Source: a virus. Taken from it: a stretch of 64,000 bases of DNA. The notes beneath the pieces are model-generated. The model worked only from the letters and a program-made list of their open reading frames with translations. It had not been told where the DNA came from and made no database searches. Numbering within the stretch: position 1 is the first letter of the stretch; every line of letters begins with the position of its first letter. Shown here one piece after another: positions 1 to 9,044 of this stretch. The stretch is taken from positions 23,843 to 87,842 of IMG/VR virus record IMGVR_UViG_3300013127_000002; one strand, given 5' to 3'. Both the position numbers and the translations under genes were made by a program.

Positions 1-120
1 CGTCCGACCCGGTGGTTCGGCAAGCTGTCGCCAATGAAGAAGGGACTTGTCGGCGGAGCCGCAGGGCTCGGGACGCTCGGACTCGGACTTGGTCTGGGTC
101 ACGCGCTGTCGGGAGATTGA
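1..120 (+). CDS. 3' end of a truncated glycine-zipper protein (partial)
   Basis: Frame 1 reads ...SPMKKGLVGGAAGLGTLGLGLGLGHALSGD* to TGA 118-120; same C-terminal pattern as the downstream genes. Confidence 0.65.
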   Translation, partial: RPTRWFGKLSPMKKGLVGGAAGLGTLGLGLGLGHALSGD

Positions 121-123
121 TGA

Positions 124-420
124 GTGACACCGTACGCGAAAGGGTGGTGTTCCGCGCTGGTAAAGCTGGGGCTGTCGAGCTCCGCCGTAGCGGCGACGTC
201 TGGCACCACTTCGGGGGCAAAGCCCGGGGCGACGACGAACACGACAACGGCGCCGAAGCAGTCGAAGCCGTGGCAGTGGTCGGCCGCGAACAACATCGAA
301 CCGAAGTTGCACGAGAACGCGTGGTCGCACGCGCAGAAGGATCTGGACACAGGTGAGTCCCGCGTGATGGCGAAGTTCGATGCGTCACAGAGACAGCCGC
401 AACTCCCGGTGGGAGGGTGA
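124..420 (+). CDS. small putative head-internal protein (G..AL.KLG N-terminal motif)
   Basis: MTPYAKGWCSALVKLG matches the N-termini at 773, 1433 and 5796. Confidence 0.6.
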   Translation: MTPYAKGWCSALVKLGLSSSAVAATSGTTSGAKPGATTNTTTAPKQSKPWQWSAANNIEPKLHENAWSHAQKDLDTGESRVMAKFDASQRQPQLPVGG

Positions 421-421
421 A

Positions 422-763
422 ATGACGAAGACAGCGGAACAGATCTCCCTGGAGATTCTCCAAAAACTCGCGCAGTCGGGCGAAGAGAAGAGCCCAGTTC
501 TGCGGGGCCTCGCGGGAGCGGGAATCGGCGGCGCGGCTGGCGGGTTGACGGGGTTCGGGTCGGCGGTGCATCATGGGGTGAACAACCCAGAGCTCCGCAA
601 GGTCATCGAACAGCAACATGTTCACGGCGCGAAGACTCTGAGGCCCGGACAGGTTGCGAAGATGAATCGCTTCGGAGAGATGGGACGAGCAAGAACAGGC
701 AAGGGCGCCCTCATCGGCGCAGGACTCGGCGCAGGACTCGGAGTGCTGTCCGCGCTTTCATAG
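422..763 (+). CDS. putative head-internal protein with glycine zippers
   Basis: ATG 422 after GGAGGGTGA; MTKTAEQISLEILQKLA motif; two GxxxG segments. Confidence 0.7.
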   Translation: MTKTAEQISLEILQKLAQSGEEKSPVLRGLAGAGIGGAAGGLTGFGSAVHHGVNNPELRKVIEQQHVHGAKTLRPGQVAKMNRFGEMGRARTGKGALIGAGLGAGLGVLSALS

Positions 764-772
764 AGGTGAAAG

Positions 773-1078
773 ATGAACGCATTTCAACAGGGTTACTTGT
801 ACGGACTGTGGAAGTTGGGCTTCTCCGAGGAGTTTGCTGCGGCGCAGCCGCCGATGTCCCACGAGGAGTTCCTCGCGGCCAAGGGCGCAACGACACCCCC
901 GAAGGGGGTTTCGGCAGCAGCCAAGAGTGAAGCGGGCAAGGCGGCGAAGGGCGGCAAGGGTCTCGCGCACCACGGACGTCAACTTGGCGCGACGATCGCG
1001 AAGCACCCCGGCAAGGCGGCACTCATCGGTGGTGCCGGCCTGCTCGGTGCCGGCCTGCTCGGGCGTGCAACAGCGTAG
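773..1078 (+). CDS. putative head-internal protein with C-terminal glycine zipper
   Basis: RBS GAGGTG; MNAFQQGYLYGLWKLG; GKAALIGGAGLLG. Confidence 0.7.
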   Translation: MNAFQQGYLYGLWKLGFSEEFAAAQPPMSHEEFLAAKGATTPPKGVSAAAKSEAGKAAKGGKGLAHHGRQLGATIAKHPGKAALIGGAGLLGAGLLGRATA

Positions 1079-1088
1079 GAGAGGTGTC

Positions 1089-1433
1089 ATGCTGAAGACT
1101 GCATCGCAGATCTCCGACGAGGTGCTGTGGAAGCTCGCCGCGGCGTGGCAGCGTCGTGCTGCTCAAGTGGGAGTACCCCAGCAACAGATCAATGCAGCCA
1201 CGCAGACTCTCAAGGCACAGCGGCCTGACGCGCTTGCGGTGAAGCAGCGTCAGCTGGCTGCCCGGGGTCCGGCGGTGAAGCCCGGTGGCGGGCTCATGGG
1301 CGGCATCAAGAACCTGTGGAGCAAGCCGCTCGGCAAGGCGGGGCTGATCGGCGGTGCTGCGGCTCTCGGCTACGGCGCCTACAAAGCCTTCGGCGGAGGG
1401 CAGAAGCCGCAGCAGCAGTACGGAGGCTACTGA
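1089..1433 (+). CDS. putative head-internal protein with C-terminal glycine zipper
   Basis: RBS GAGGTG, ATG 1089; MLKTASQISDEVLWKLAA; GKAGLIGGAAALG. Confidence 0.7.
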   Translation: MLKTASQISDEVLWKLAAAWQRRAAQVGVPQQQINAATQTLKAQRPDALAVKQRQLAARGPAVKPGGGLMGGIKNLWSKPLGKAGLIGGAAALGYGAYKAFGGGQKPQQQYGGY

Positions 1434-1888
1434 TGTACAAGCTCGCAGCGTGGGAACAGGGGTACATAGAGGCGCTCATCAAGCTGGGTATTGCCTACGG
1501 TCCTGGCGCGGCGGGGATCATGACGTCCGCGGACATGTACGTCCCCGAGCACAAGCCTCCGACGACATCTCTCGCCCAGCGGAAGTCTGAGATGGAAGCG
1601 TCTACCGGCGCAGCCAGGCAGAAGCGTGTCGCTGATCGGATTGCCATGGGTGAGAAGGCGACCAGCCCCGGCGGCAAGGCACTCGCAGCTCCTCTCAAGT
1701 TCCACGAGCACCCGATTACGCGTCAGGTGCAGATCAGCCCGGAGTACAGGGAGTACGCGAACCAGATGCGCGCAAAGGCCCCGGGCGTAGGGGCCGGCCC
1801 GGCCGCGGCGTCCAAGGCGTCACCTCTCAAGCGCATTGCCGGGGGGCTCACGAGTCTCGTTTCCAGGGGCAAGGTTCGCGCAGCCTAG
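1433..1888 (+). CDS. putative head-internal protein
   Basis: TGATG overlap with the previous stop; MYKLAAWEQGYIEALIKLG. Confidence 0.65.
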   Translation: MYKLAAWEQGYIEALIKLGIAYGPGAAGIMTSADMYVPEHKPPTTSLAQRKSEMEASTGAARQKRVADRIAMGEKATSPGGKALAAPLKFHEHPITRQVQISPEYREYANQMRAKAPGVGAGPAAASKASPLKRIAGGLTSLVSRGKVRAA

Positions 1889-1919
1889 TTCTTCCCCTCT
1901 TCTTGCCGTTGACGTATAC

Positions 1920-1937
1920 TCCTCCTTAGTAGGAGGA
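1920..1937 (+). promoter_or_regulatory. hairpin sequestering the Shine-Dalgarno of ORF 1943
   Basis: TCCTCCT-TAGT-AGGAGGA, perfect 7-bp stem containing AGGAGG; TATACT just upstream. Confidence 0.5.
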
Positions 1938-1942
1938 AATAC

Positions 1943-2491
1943 ATGCCATATCCATTCCCGTCCCCTGCATCCTTGCCGCCGTTGGGCGCGAGTCTCGATC
2001 TCGCTGTGGCGTTGGAGTTCGACGTGGGAACCCCCGTGTCCGACAAGGCGGCCAAGCTGGGACAGATGCTGTCGATTCCGTACGACCAGGTCATCATGAT
2101 GACGCACGACATGGAGGCGACCTGGCGGGATAATGACATCTCTGTTCCGATCCGAGATGATTTGATCACGCTCTACACGCCGCTGGCGGACCCTGAAACC
2201 TCCTACGTTGTGGGGATCATCATCACCTGCGAGATGGGAGAGGCGGTTCTCTATTTCTGCACGGACCTCGCCGAGACCGGGGCGTTCGACCCCCCGGACT
2301 ACCACTACATGATCCCGACGCCGATCACTTCAGGCGGGTGTTTCATCTACGTGAACAACCACGACTACGAGCGCGCAAACAACTGGCAGGGGCAGGTGGA
2401 TGTGCCGATCTACATCGGGGAGATTCTCGCCGGGGCGTTTCTGCCGACGCGGTTGACGTCGTACGTTTTCCTGCACACGAAGGGAGTATGA
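1943..2491 (+). CDS. hypothetical (likely virion) protein
   Basis: Strong RBS AGGAGG, 182 aa acidic, beta-rich ORF. Confidence 0.7.
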   Translation: MPYPFPSPASLPPLGASLDLAVALEFDVGTPVSDKAAKLGQMLSIPYDQVIMMTHDMEATWRDNDISVPIRDDLITLYTPLADPETSYVVGIIITCEMGEAVLYFCTDLAETGAFDPPDYHYMIPTPITSGGCFIYVNNHDYERANNWQGQVDVPIYIGEILAGAFLPTRLTSYVFLHTKGV

Positions 2492-2494
2492 CTG

Positions 2495-3097
2495 ATGCAC
2501 ACCCGAGCACCCATTCTCGGACAGTTCATGGAATTGACCCGAGGAAAAGTCACGATGTCTGCGCAGGCTACATTCCCGGCGGGCGGACTGGCAACGGCAG
2601 ATCAGAAGCCGGTCGTCACGTGGGCGCTTGAGCACTACCCGTTCTCGATGCGCATTGGCGGATACGTGGATATCGGGGCGACTGACCCCGCCAGGGATCT
2701 GGATGACTTCACCAAGATCGCTCCGCTTTACATGGATGAGGCGATAAAGGATGGCGGGGAACCGCAGCTCGCGGGGATCAATCCCGTGAAGGCGATCCTC
2801 ATTCGTTGCTTGGTCGGGTCGGGGTTGATATACGTCAACGTTTTTCCGGGCGATCCTCCGGCTCCGCCTCCTCCGATTTCGGAGAGCGTGAAGCAGGCGG
2901 TGTTCCCGCTGCACGCGGGTGTCGGACTGTTCTACTACACGTTCCCGCGGAGAGACCCGTGGCGTTGTGTATTTTCGTCGGACAACTCCGGCCCCCCTCT
3001 GGTTACAGAGAAGATCACGATTCCGTCGTGTATCATCGACCTGGGGCTGCGGACGTTCGAAGACAGCAACCGCTTCCAGATGGAACTTTTTAGGTAA
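2495..3097 (+). CDS. hypothetical (likely virion) protein
   Basis: 200 aa ORF immediately after 2491, same operon. Confidence 0.65.
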   Translation: MHTRAPILGQFMELTRGKVTMSAQATFPAGGLATADQKPVVTWALEHYPFSMRIGGYVDIGATDPARDLDDFTKIAPLYMDEAIKDGGEPQLAGINPVKAILIRCLVGSGLIYVNVFPGDPPAPPPPISESVKQAVFPLHAGVGLFYYTFPRRDPWRCVFSSDNSGPPLVTEKITIPSCIIDLGLRTFEDSNRFQMELFR

Positions 3098-3106
3098 CAA
3101 GGTGGT

Positions 3107-4846
3107 GTGATGCCTTTCAAGAGCGAAGCGCAGCGCCGTAAGTTTCACGTCATGGCCGAGCGGGGAGAGATCTCCGAGAAGAAGGTCAGTGAGTGGGAGC
3201 ACGAGACTCCCAAGAAGGTGAAGGAAAACTTGCCTTACCATGTAAAGAAGTCCTCTCAGGAGATCGCCAACGAGGTTCTGTCGAAGCTGGGTGCCAACCT
3301 GCCCAAAAACATCGGCGTTTTCACTGCGGGATCGGGTGGGCCTAAGGCTTTGGAGCGTGTCATGAAAGCAGAGCGCTCCATCCCACGACCTCCCCCGGCG
3401 AAGCCGGATGTCCCGATCGAGTGGCGGAAGTCGATGGCGCAACGCCCCGCGCCGCAGAACGAGATGTTGAAGTTTTTCTCTCTCAAGGAAGGACAGATCC
3501 CGGCGTCCCCGAACTCACCCGTGGGGTCTTCAGGCATGCCTACCGAGACCCCGACGGCTGCCAGCGTGGGCATGGGGAAAGGCAACCAGGCTCCGGCGTT
3601 CGGCCAGCCCGGCAAGATGGGCAGCGCTCTCGGTCTTCTCGGCAAGTTCGCGTCGGCAGATCCGTCAGCTGTGGAGGCCGCGGTTCTCAAGGCTTCTGGA
3701 CCCGGTGGTGGTTCGAAGCTCTGGCAGAGTCTCACAGGTCTCTCGGATGATGTTCTACTGGCCGGGATGAACATGAAGGAGAAACAGCGCCGGGCCCTGG
3801 AGCGTGGCTCTGAGAAGAACGCGGCTGAGACTCTGGCGTCTTCGATACTGATGCTCACGAAGATGAGCGAGGTTCCGAAGAAGCAGACCGAGGACAAGCT
3901 CAAGGGCGGACTTGCCGACAACAAGCCGGCCAGTGACTTCGACCCGGACCAGATGGAGATGGGCAAGAAGGTCGAGCTCGAACACACGGATGACCCGCAG
4001 CTCGCAGAGGAGATCGCGAAGGACCACCTCGACGAGATCAAGGACTACTACACCCGTCTGAACAAGATGGAGGACGAGGCACCGAAGAGCGCGGCAGCGG
4101 CGTGTGACACCCCCGGCGAGAAGATCCGGAGCAAGGGCAAGGGTCGTGGGGAGGCTCACGGCAAGGGAGAAGGCCCGCTGGGTCGAGTCCGCCAGATGTT
4201 GGAAGACGAAGAGAAGAAGGCGGCGCTGACACGTGCCGAGCGAGGCATCTACGAAAACGAAGACGCGAAACGCCGGCATTTCAGCGCCATGATGGCCAGC
4301 GAATCTCCCATGAAGACCGCAGAGATGCTTCGAGAGTCGCCGCTCTATTCGTCAACCCCGCTCCCACAGTCTTCGCCTTCGGATATTCTCCAGCTTCTCA
4401 AGGCACAGGCGTTGATCGAGCAGCAACAGCAGCAGATGAAGATGGGACAGATCAACGACCCGGGTGACGGGCCGCACCTCCCGTATCAGATGGAAAATGA
4501 GAATTCCGGCGACCAGATGCCGATGGGCGACATCCAGGCAAAGATGCAGCAGCAAGCGATGCTGGAGCGTCTCTACGCCGAGCAGATGCGGGCCAAGCAG
4601 GTCGAGGACACGTACAAGGGCAAGGTCCGCAGGGGTGAGCTCATCGGCGGGATTGGCGGCTTGCTGGGTGGCGGACTCCTGGGTCACGTTGTCAGCGCCG
4701 GCACGGGCGTCCACATGCCTGCGACGTTCCTTAGTGCCGGAGCTGGTGGTTTACTCGGTAAACACATCGGCCAGGGCATCGGACAACAGCAGGGTTTGGA
4801 GTATCTCCACCAGTACAGCGGGGTGCCGTGGGGGATCCAAAGATGA
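3107..4846 (+). CDS. large putative head protein with DUF5661-like domain and C-terminal glycine zipper
   Basis: MPFKSEAQRRKF N-terminus; GGLADNKPASDFDPDQMEMGKKVELEHTDDPQLAEEIAKDHLDEIKDYYTRL resembles phage DUF5661; many KxA sites. Confidence 0.65.
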   Translation: MMPFKSEAQRRKFHVMAERGEISEKKVSEWEHETPKKVKENLPYHVKKSSQEIANEVLSKLGANLPKNIGVFTAGSGGPKALERVMKAERSIPRPPPAKPDVPIEWRKSMAQRPAPQNEMLKFFSLKEGQIPASPNSPVGSSGMPTETPTAASVGMGKGNQAPAFGQPGKMGSALGLLGKFASADPSAVEAAVLKASGPGGGSKLWQSLTGLSDDVLLAGMNMKEKQRRALERGSEKNAAETLASSILMLTKMSEVPKKQTEDKLKGGLADNKPASDFDPDQMEMGKKVELEHTDDPQLAEEIAKDHLDEIKDYYTRLNKMEDEAPKSAAAACDTPGEKIRSKGKGRGEAHGKGEGPLGRVRQMLEDEEKKAALTRAERGIYENEDAKRRHFSAMMASESPMKTAEMLRESPLYSSTPLPQSSPSDILQLLKAQALIEQQQQQMKMGQINDPGDGPHLPYQMENENSGDQMPMGDIQAKMQQQAMLERLYAEQMRAKQVEDTYKGKVRRGELIGGIGGLLGGGLLGHVVSAGTGVHMPATFLSAGAGGLLGKHIGQGIGQQQGLEYLHQYSGVPWGIQR

Positions 4847-5793
4847 AGCACGTTGTCACCCAGATCGTTCAGGCAACACAACAGCTGAACGAGAAACGAT
4901 CGTCCATCTCCCAGCTGTTAGGGAGTGCGGAGCGTTCTCCTGTGTGGCATGACGTGGCGGAAATCGGCGGGTTGGGCCTTCTTGCCGCACCCTCTGTTGC
5001 TGACCTGGCGGGTGATCCCTGGAAAGAGAAGAACAAGGCACTGGCTGAGATCGCAGGACTCGGCATTCTTGCTGCTCCATCGGCGCACAACCTCATCGGA
5101 AAGATCAGACAGCCGAAGGTTGCCGCGGATGAGCGCATCGGAGGGCCATACCTCCGGTACGACAACGAAACGTCGAACAAGGCGATCGGAATGCCCCCCG
5201 AGGAGCCGCAGTCCCCGGCCTTCTCAAGACCCGAACCTCCGTACAACGGCGGCTACACGATGAACGATGTCAGCCTGCCGCGCTACCAGTTCGAAGTGTC
5301 CGAGCAGCCGACGTTGGGGACGTCGAAGGCGCTGCCTTCCGCGAAAGAGTCTGTTGCGTCTGTTATCGACAAGATTGCCCAGGGCGTAGACGACATGAAC
5401 CAGGAGATGGCGCCGTACTACTCCCAGCAGCCGCAGTACATAGTGCTCCCGCCGCGGGAGAAGCCGTCCGGGTCTTTCGTGCCTCCCTTCGTGGGTGCGG
5501 CTGTCGGCGCACCTCTCGGGTGGCATGTCGGAGAACAGATGGGCCTGTCCAAGTACCCCGGGTACAAGACGCTGGATAAGGCCGTGGACTGGCTGGGCAA
5601 TCAGAGCTCGAAGCTCCCGAACTCGCCGCTGGTTCGTGATGCTGCTGACGTAGCCGGCGGAACCTTGTGGGGCAAGTACCAAGGCTTCAAGATGCTCGGG
5701 CCGATTGGTATGTACCGCTTGGGCGGTGCGGCGCTGGGTCTCGGTGGTGGGCTTCTGGCAGGTGCGCTGGTCAACAAGGCGATGGAAGACTAA
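4843..5793 (+). CDS. putative head-internal/membrane-active protein
   Basis: ATGA overlap; repeated AEIgGLGlLAAPS helices; KVAA, KIAQ; C-terminal glycine zipper. Confidence 0.65.
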   Translation: MKHVVTQIVQATQQLNEKRSSISQLLGSAERSPVWHDVAEIGGLGLLAAPSVADLAGDPWKEKNKALAEIAGLGILAAPSAHNLIGKIRQPKVAADERIGGPYLRYDNETSNKAIGMPPEEPQSPAFSRPEPPYNGGYTMNDVSLPRYQFEVSEQPTLGTSKALPSAKESVASVIDKIAQGVDDMNQEMAPYYSQQPQYIVLPPREKPSGSFVPPFVGAAVGAPLGWHVGEQMGLSKYPGYKTLDKAVDWLGNQSSKLPNSPLVRDAADVAGGTLWGKYQGFKMLGPIGMYRLGGAALGLGGGLLAGALVNKAMED

Positions 5794-5795
5794 CA

Positions 5796-6665
5796 ATGAA
5801 CGAGTACTTTTCCCGCGGTGTCTACGCGGCGCTCACCAAATTGGGGATGAGTCCCGAGGTGCTCGCCGAGCATCATGCTCGGATCATTAACGCCGCGAAG
5901 CGACAAGGTCACAAAGTTCCGACGTTCGCCGAGCTTAACGAGATCCTGCCCCCCGGCTGGGAGAAGAAGTACAAGGGCTCCTGGCAGGAAGCGTATCTCG
6001 GATCCGACTGGCTGAAGCAGCGCAACTCCGAAGTGCTGGAAGCCAAAGAGAGAGCACGTGAGAACGCGGCGTACCAGGCGGCACGGGCACGTCAGTCTGC
6101 GTCTTCTTCAAGGCGGCGGCAGTCGACAGGTGCGTCTTCTTATGACCCGTGGGAGGAGTACGCACGAAAGGAGTACGCACGAGCTCGTGAGGCAGGGCGG
6201 TGGGAGGAGTACGCACGAGAGGAGTACGCACGAGCTCGTGAGGCAGGGCGGCAGAAAGCAAAAGAGTCTCCTTACTCCAAGGCTTGGGAGGACTACAAAG
6301 CTCGAAGAGCGGAAGAGCAGGCCGAGTACGCGTCGCAGAAGGCAGAGAATGACCGCAAGTGGGAGGAGTCGAAGCGCCGCTGGGCCGAACAAGACGCCGA
6401 GTCGGCCCGTCGCTACGCTGCGCGCCAGGCCAAGTACGATGCCGCGCAGAACGCAGCAGCCGCACGACGTCGTGCGGCGCAGAGTGAGTTCCACAGTAGC
6501 TTCGAGGGTGGAGGAGGTTCGTCTTCCCGCCCGCGCTCTGGTGGTACTAGCGGCTTGGGTCTCGCCATCGGGTTAGGGGTGCCACTCACCGTAGCCCTGG
6601 CGTATGGACTGTCCGGAAGTTCGGACAGCAGCAAGAAGAAGGCTAAGAAGCGGGCAGCTCGCTGA
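5796..6665 (+). CDS. putative head-internal protein, coiled coil plus C-terminal TM/basic tail
   Basis: ATG 5796; MNEYFSRGVYAALTKLG motif; GLGLAIGLGVPLTVALAYGL. Confidence 0.65.
   Translation: MNEYFSRGVYAALTKLGMSPEVLAEHHARIINAAKRQGHKVPTFAELNEILPPGWEKKYKGSWQEAYLGSDWLKQRNSEVLEAKERARENAAYQAARARQSASSSRRRQSTGASSYDPWEEYARKEYARAREAGRWEEYAREEYARAREAGRQKAKESPYSKAWEDYKARRAEEQAEYASQKAENDRKWEESKRRWAEQDAESARRYAARQAKYDAAQNAAAARRRAAQSEFHSSFEGGGGSSSRPRSGGTSGLGLAIGLGVPLTVALAYGLSGSSDSSKKKAKKRAAR
6149..6250 (+). repeat. 51-bp tandem duplication (in-frame, WEEYARxEYARAREAGR x2)
   Basis: Units 6149-6199 and 6200-6250 are near identical; internal GGAGTACGCACGA occurs four times. Confidence 0.9.
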
Positions 6666-7209
6666 TAGCCTTCTTGAACCACTCCCTCACTTTTGCTTCA
6701 GGCCAAGCGTACAGGTAATCGGGCCCGCTCAACACCTTCACGTAGTGTTCGATGTCCGGGGACCATCCGTACTTCTTTTCTATTTTGTATTCGACGAGAA
6801 ATGCCTCTCTCTCGAACCTGAAGCGGAACCATGAACGCCACGCAGGAAGTGGTACAAATAGATAGAGGAACAGGAACGGCCACATCCCGATCGACGCCTC
6901 TCCCAGACCGAGCGCCGCGCACTGTTTCACGTGGACTGTTTCATGTTTCAGGGTGATGTAGTCACTGAACGTGACGTGCTTCAAGTCGGTGGACTCGGGG
7001 TACGCGATGAGGGGGCCGAGGGTTGTGGCCCGTCGCATGAAGTCGCTTTTCTTGAAGCCCCGCACGACCCAGAAGATCCAGTCTATTGCTTTCCAGAACC
7101 AGCGGTGACGTGCCTTTGTCGTTACAAAACCGCCGTACCTTTCGTCGAGTTCGTCACAGTCGAGGTTGAACCAGGTCTGGATCACCTCGGGATTTTGAGG
7201 AAGAGTCAT
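6643..7209 (-). CDS. putative zinc metallopeptidase-like membrane protein
   Basis: HETVH (HExxH) followed by FEREA; hydrophobic segments; RBS GGAGGTG. Confidence 0.6.
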   Translation of the reverse strand: MTLPQNPEVIQTWFNLDCDELDERYGGFVTTKARHRWFWKAIDWIFWVVRGFKKSDFMRRATTLGPLIAYPESTDLKHVTFSDYITLKHETVHVKQCAALGLGEASIGMWPFLFLYLFVPLPAWRSWFRFRFEREAFLVEYKIEKKYGWSPDIEHYVKVLSGPDYLYAWPEAKVREWFKKAISELPAS

Positions 7210-7342
7210 GTTGCACCTCCATGACTAGGAGTGTAGCACGCTGAAAACAGAAAGGAGTTAGGTATGAGCATTGGCATTACGAGCGCATATTTGACGACCT
7301 CTTCGTCGTACTTGAGACGTACGGCGAGAAAGGGAAAAGCCG

Positions 7343-8626
7343 ATGAACAACTTCCATTTCAGAAGATTCCGCGATCAGTGCCAGCGGTACATCGACGAGT
7401 ACACGGACATCTGGCAGGCGGGATTGCCAGAGTACAGTGGGGACTTCTCCACAGCAGCGAGAGACTACTTCCACCAGATGGCAGAGAGGTTTCATGATCA
7501 GGAGAGGTCGTGGGGATCGGTGGAAAAGAATATCAGGAGCAACCTGATCATCTACCCGGTGTTCGAGAGCATCATCCGGCGTTGTCCTGTGCCGCACAGC
7601 TACTCGGCGCTGGTGTCGATGCCGGAGTTACATTGGCTCACGCAGTTCTTGAGTGTTACGGTCGCGCCTGCCGAGTCAGTGGACGCGTTCATGGAGAGTC
7701 TCCTGACTACGCTCATGATGTGGTTCATGAACCACAGCATGCGGGGATGCGGGGACAAGGCTTACGTCGTAAAGCCGGATCTCCGGTGGGCGCTGGAGAA
7801 CACGGAGCTCAAGGGGTTTCCGTCTGACGACCTGCGGCTTCCGTTTCCGGTTATCTACATCGACGCGGAGGGGTTCATCGATGTCTATAACCCGCTTACC
7901 GGCATGCACAAGTCACTCGGTGTTTACGTCATGGAAGACAACACCAGGACGCCGAGAGTCTGGCGTCTCCTCATTGTCGGCAAGGGCAAGTCCGACAGTG
8001 CGCTGGGACCGGAGTACGACGACGCGCTCTACCACTACCAGATTCTGTTTCCCGAAGGGGGCACGGTTGACGACGCCCTCCAGTACTCCTTTGACTTCAT
8101 GGTGGGCAAGGAGACTCAGACAATCGAGGTCGAGTTCGACGGGCGCAAGTTGAAGGTACAGAGCAGCTTCGGACGGGAGGAGAACAGGGAGAGTTTCATC
8201 ATGATGTGGCAGAACCTTGTGCATCTGTTCAAGTATGTGATGAACGTGATCGTGTATACGACGACGCAGGATGCAGATGTCAGACTCAGGGCCACGTCTC
8301 CGGCGTATCTGGCGCTCAGGGAGCGTGCGATGAAGACGTCTGGTGAAAAACGGAGGCGCCTCTTCGACCGACTGAAGGGTATCGAGCCAAACAACGCGTT
8401 TGTTCTCGGCGGGAACATCACCATCGACCGGCAGCCCAAAGAAGCTTCAGATTTGGTAGAAGAACATGAACGCCGGAAGCAACGTGTGCGCTCGTTGGTG
8501 AGCGGTCACTATCACACGTACAGGATCGGCACCGGCCGGACGGAGTCGATCAGGAAGTGGCTGTCCCCGTACTGGCGGGGACCTGAGCACGCGCCTCTTA
8601 CGACCAAGACGCGCGTCGTGAAGTGA
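7343..8626 (+). CDS. conserved phage hypothetical protein
   Basis: 427 aa; C-terminal VSGHYHTYRIGTGR...WLSPYWRGP motif typical of a phage nucleic-acid-binding hypothetical family. Confidence 0.7.
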   Translation: MNNFHFRRFRDQCQRYIDEYTDIWQAGLPEYSGDFSTAARDYFHQMAERFHDQERSWGSVEKNIRSNLIIYPVFESIIRRCPVPHSYSALVSMPELHWLTQFLSVTVAPAESVDAFMESLLTTLMMWFMNHSMRGCGDKAYVVKPDLRWALENTELKGFPSDDLRLPFPVIYIDAEGFIDVYNPLTGMHKSLGVYVMEDNTRTPRVWRLLIVGKGKSDSALGPEYDDALYHYQILFPEGGTVDDALQYSFDFMVGKETQTIEVEFDGRKLKVQSSFGREENRESFIMMWQNLVHLFKYVMNVIVYTTTQDADVRLRATSPAYLALRERAMKTSGEKRRRLFDRLKGIEPNNAFVLGGNITIDRQPKEASDLVEEHERRKQRVRSLVSGHYHTYRIGTGRTESIRKWLSPYWRGPEHAPLTTKTRVVK

Positions 8627-8635
8627 GGAGGTTGC

Positions 8636-8860
8636 ATGGAGAAAAAGATAGTCGATACTCCGGAGATCCCTCCGGGACTTGAAGACCACTTGACTGTCCG
8701 CAACGGTAAGGTGGTACGGAAGAAGTGGGACATGTTGGGAATTCCTTCTCCGCAGGAAGCGGTCGAGGCGCTCAAGAGGGCGGGCATGCTTACCGACGAG
8801 GACGAGCGCCAGGTGCTTAAGGAAGCGGGTATGCTCGACGATGAGGAGGAACATGAGTAG
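8636..8860 (+). CDS. hypothetical protein
   Basis: RBS GGAGG, 74 aa. Confidence 0.6.
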   Translation: MEKKIVDTPEIPPGLEDHLTVRNGKVVRKKWDMLGIPSPQEAVEALKRAGMLTDEDERQVLKEAGMLDDEEEHE

Positions 8861-9044
8861 CGCGGAAAGATCCCAGAACAAGAAGCGCAACGCGATCGGC
8901 GACCAGTACCCTGATGTCACGCACATCCGGTCGGAGGAGAACAAGACCGAGGCCCTGTGCAAGGCGTCGTCCCCGAAGGCGATGCGGTTCGTTCCGGCCG
9001 ACAAGGCGACGTGCCGGTCTTGCCGCAGGAGGAACGCGAAATGA
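8853..9044 (+). CDS. small Zn-finger-like protein
   Basis: RBS GAGGAGG, ATG 8853; H...C...CxxC. Confidence 0.55.
   Translation: MSSAERSQNKKRNAIGDQYPDVTHIRSEENKTEALCKASSPKAMRFVPADKATCRSCRRRNAK

Noticed and set aside
716-1060. Short direct repeats GGCGCAGGACTC x2 and GGTGCCGGCCTGCTC x2
   Set aside because: Explained by glycine-zipper coding
6149-6250. Mini CRISPR array
   Set aside because: In-frame coding tandem repeat without unique spacers
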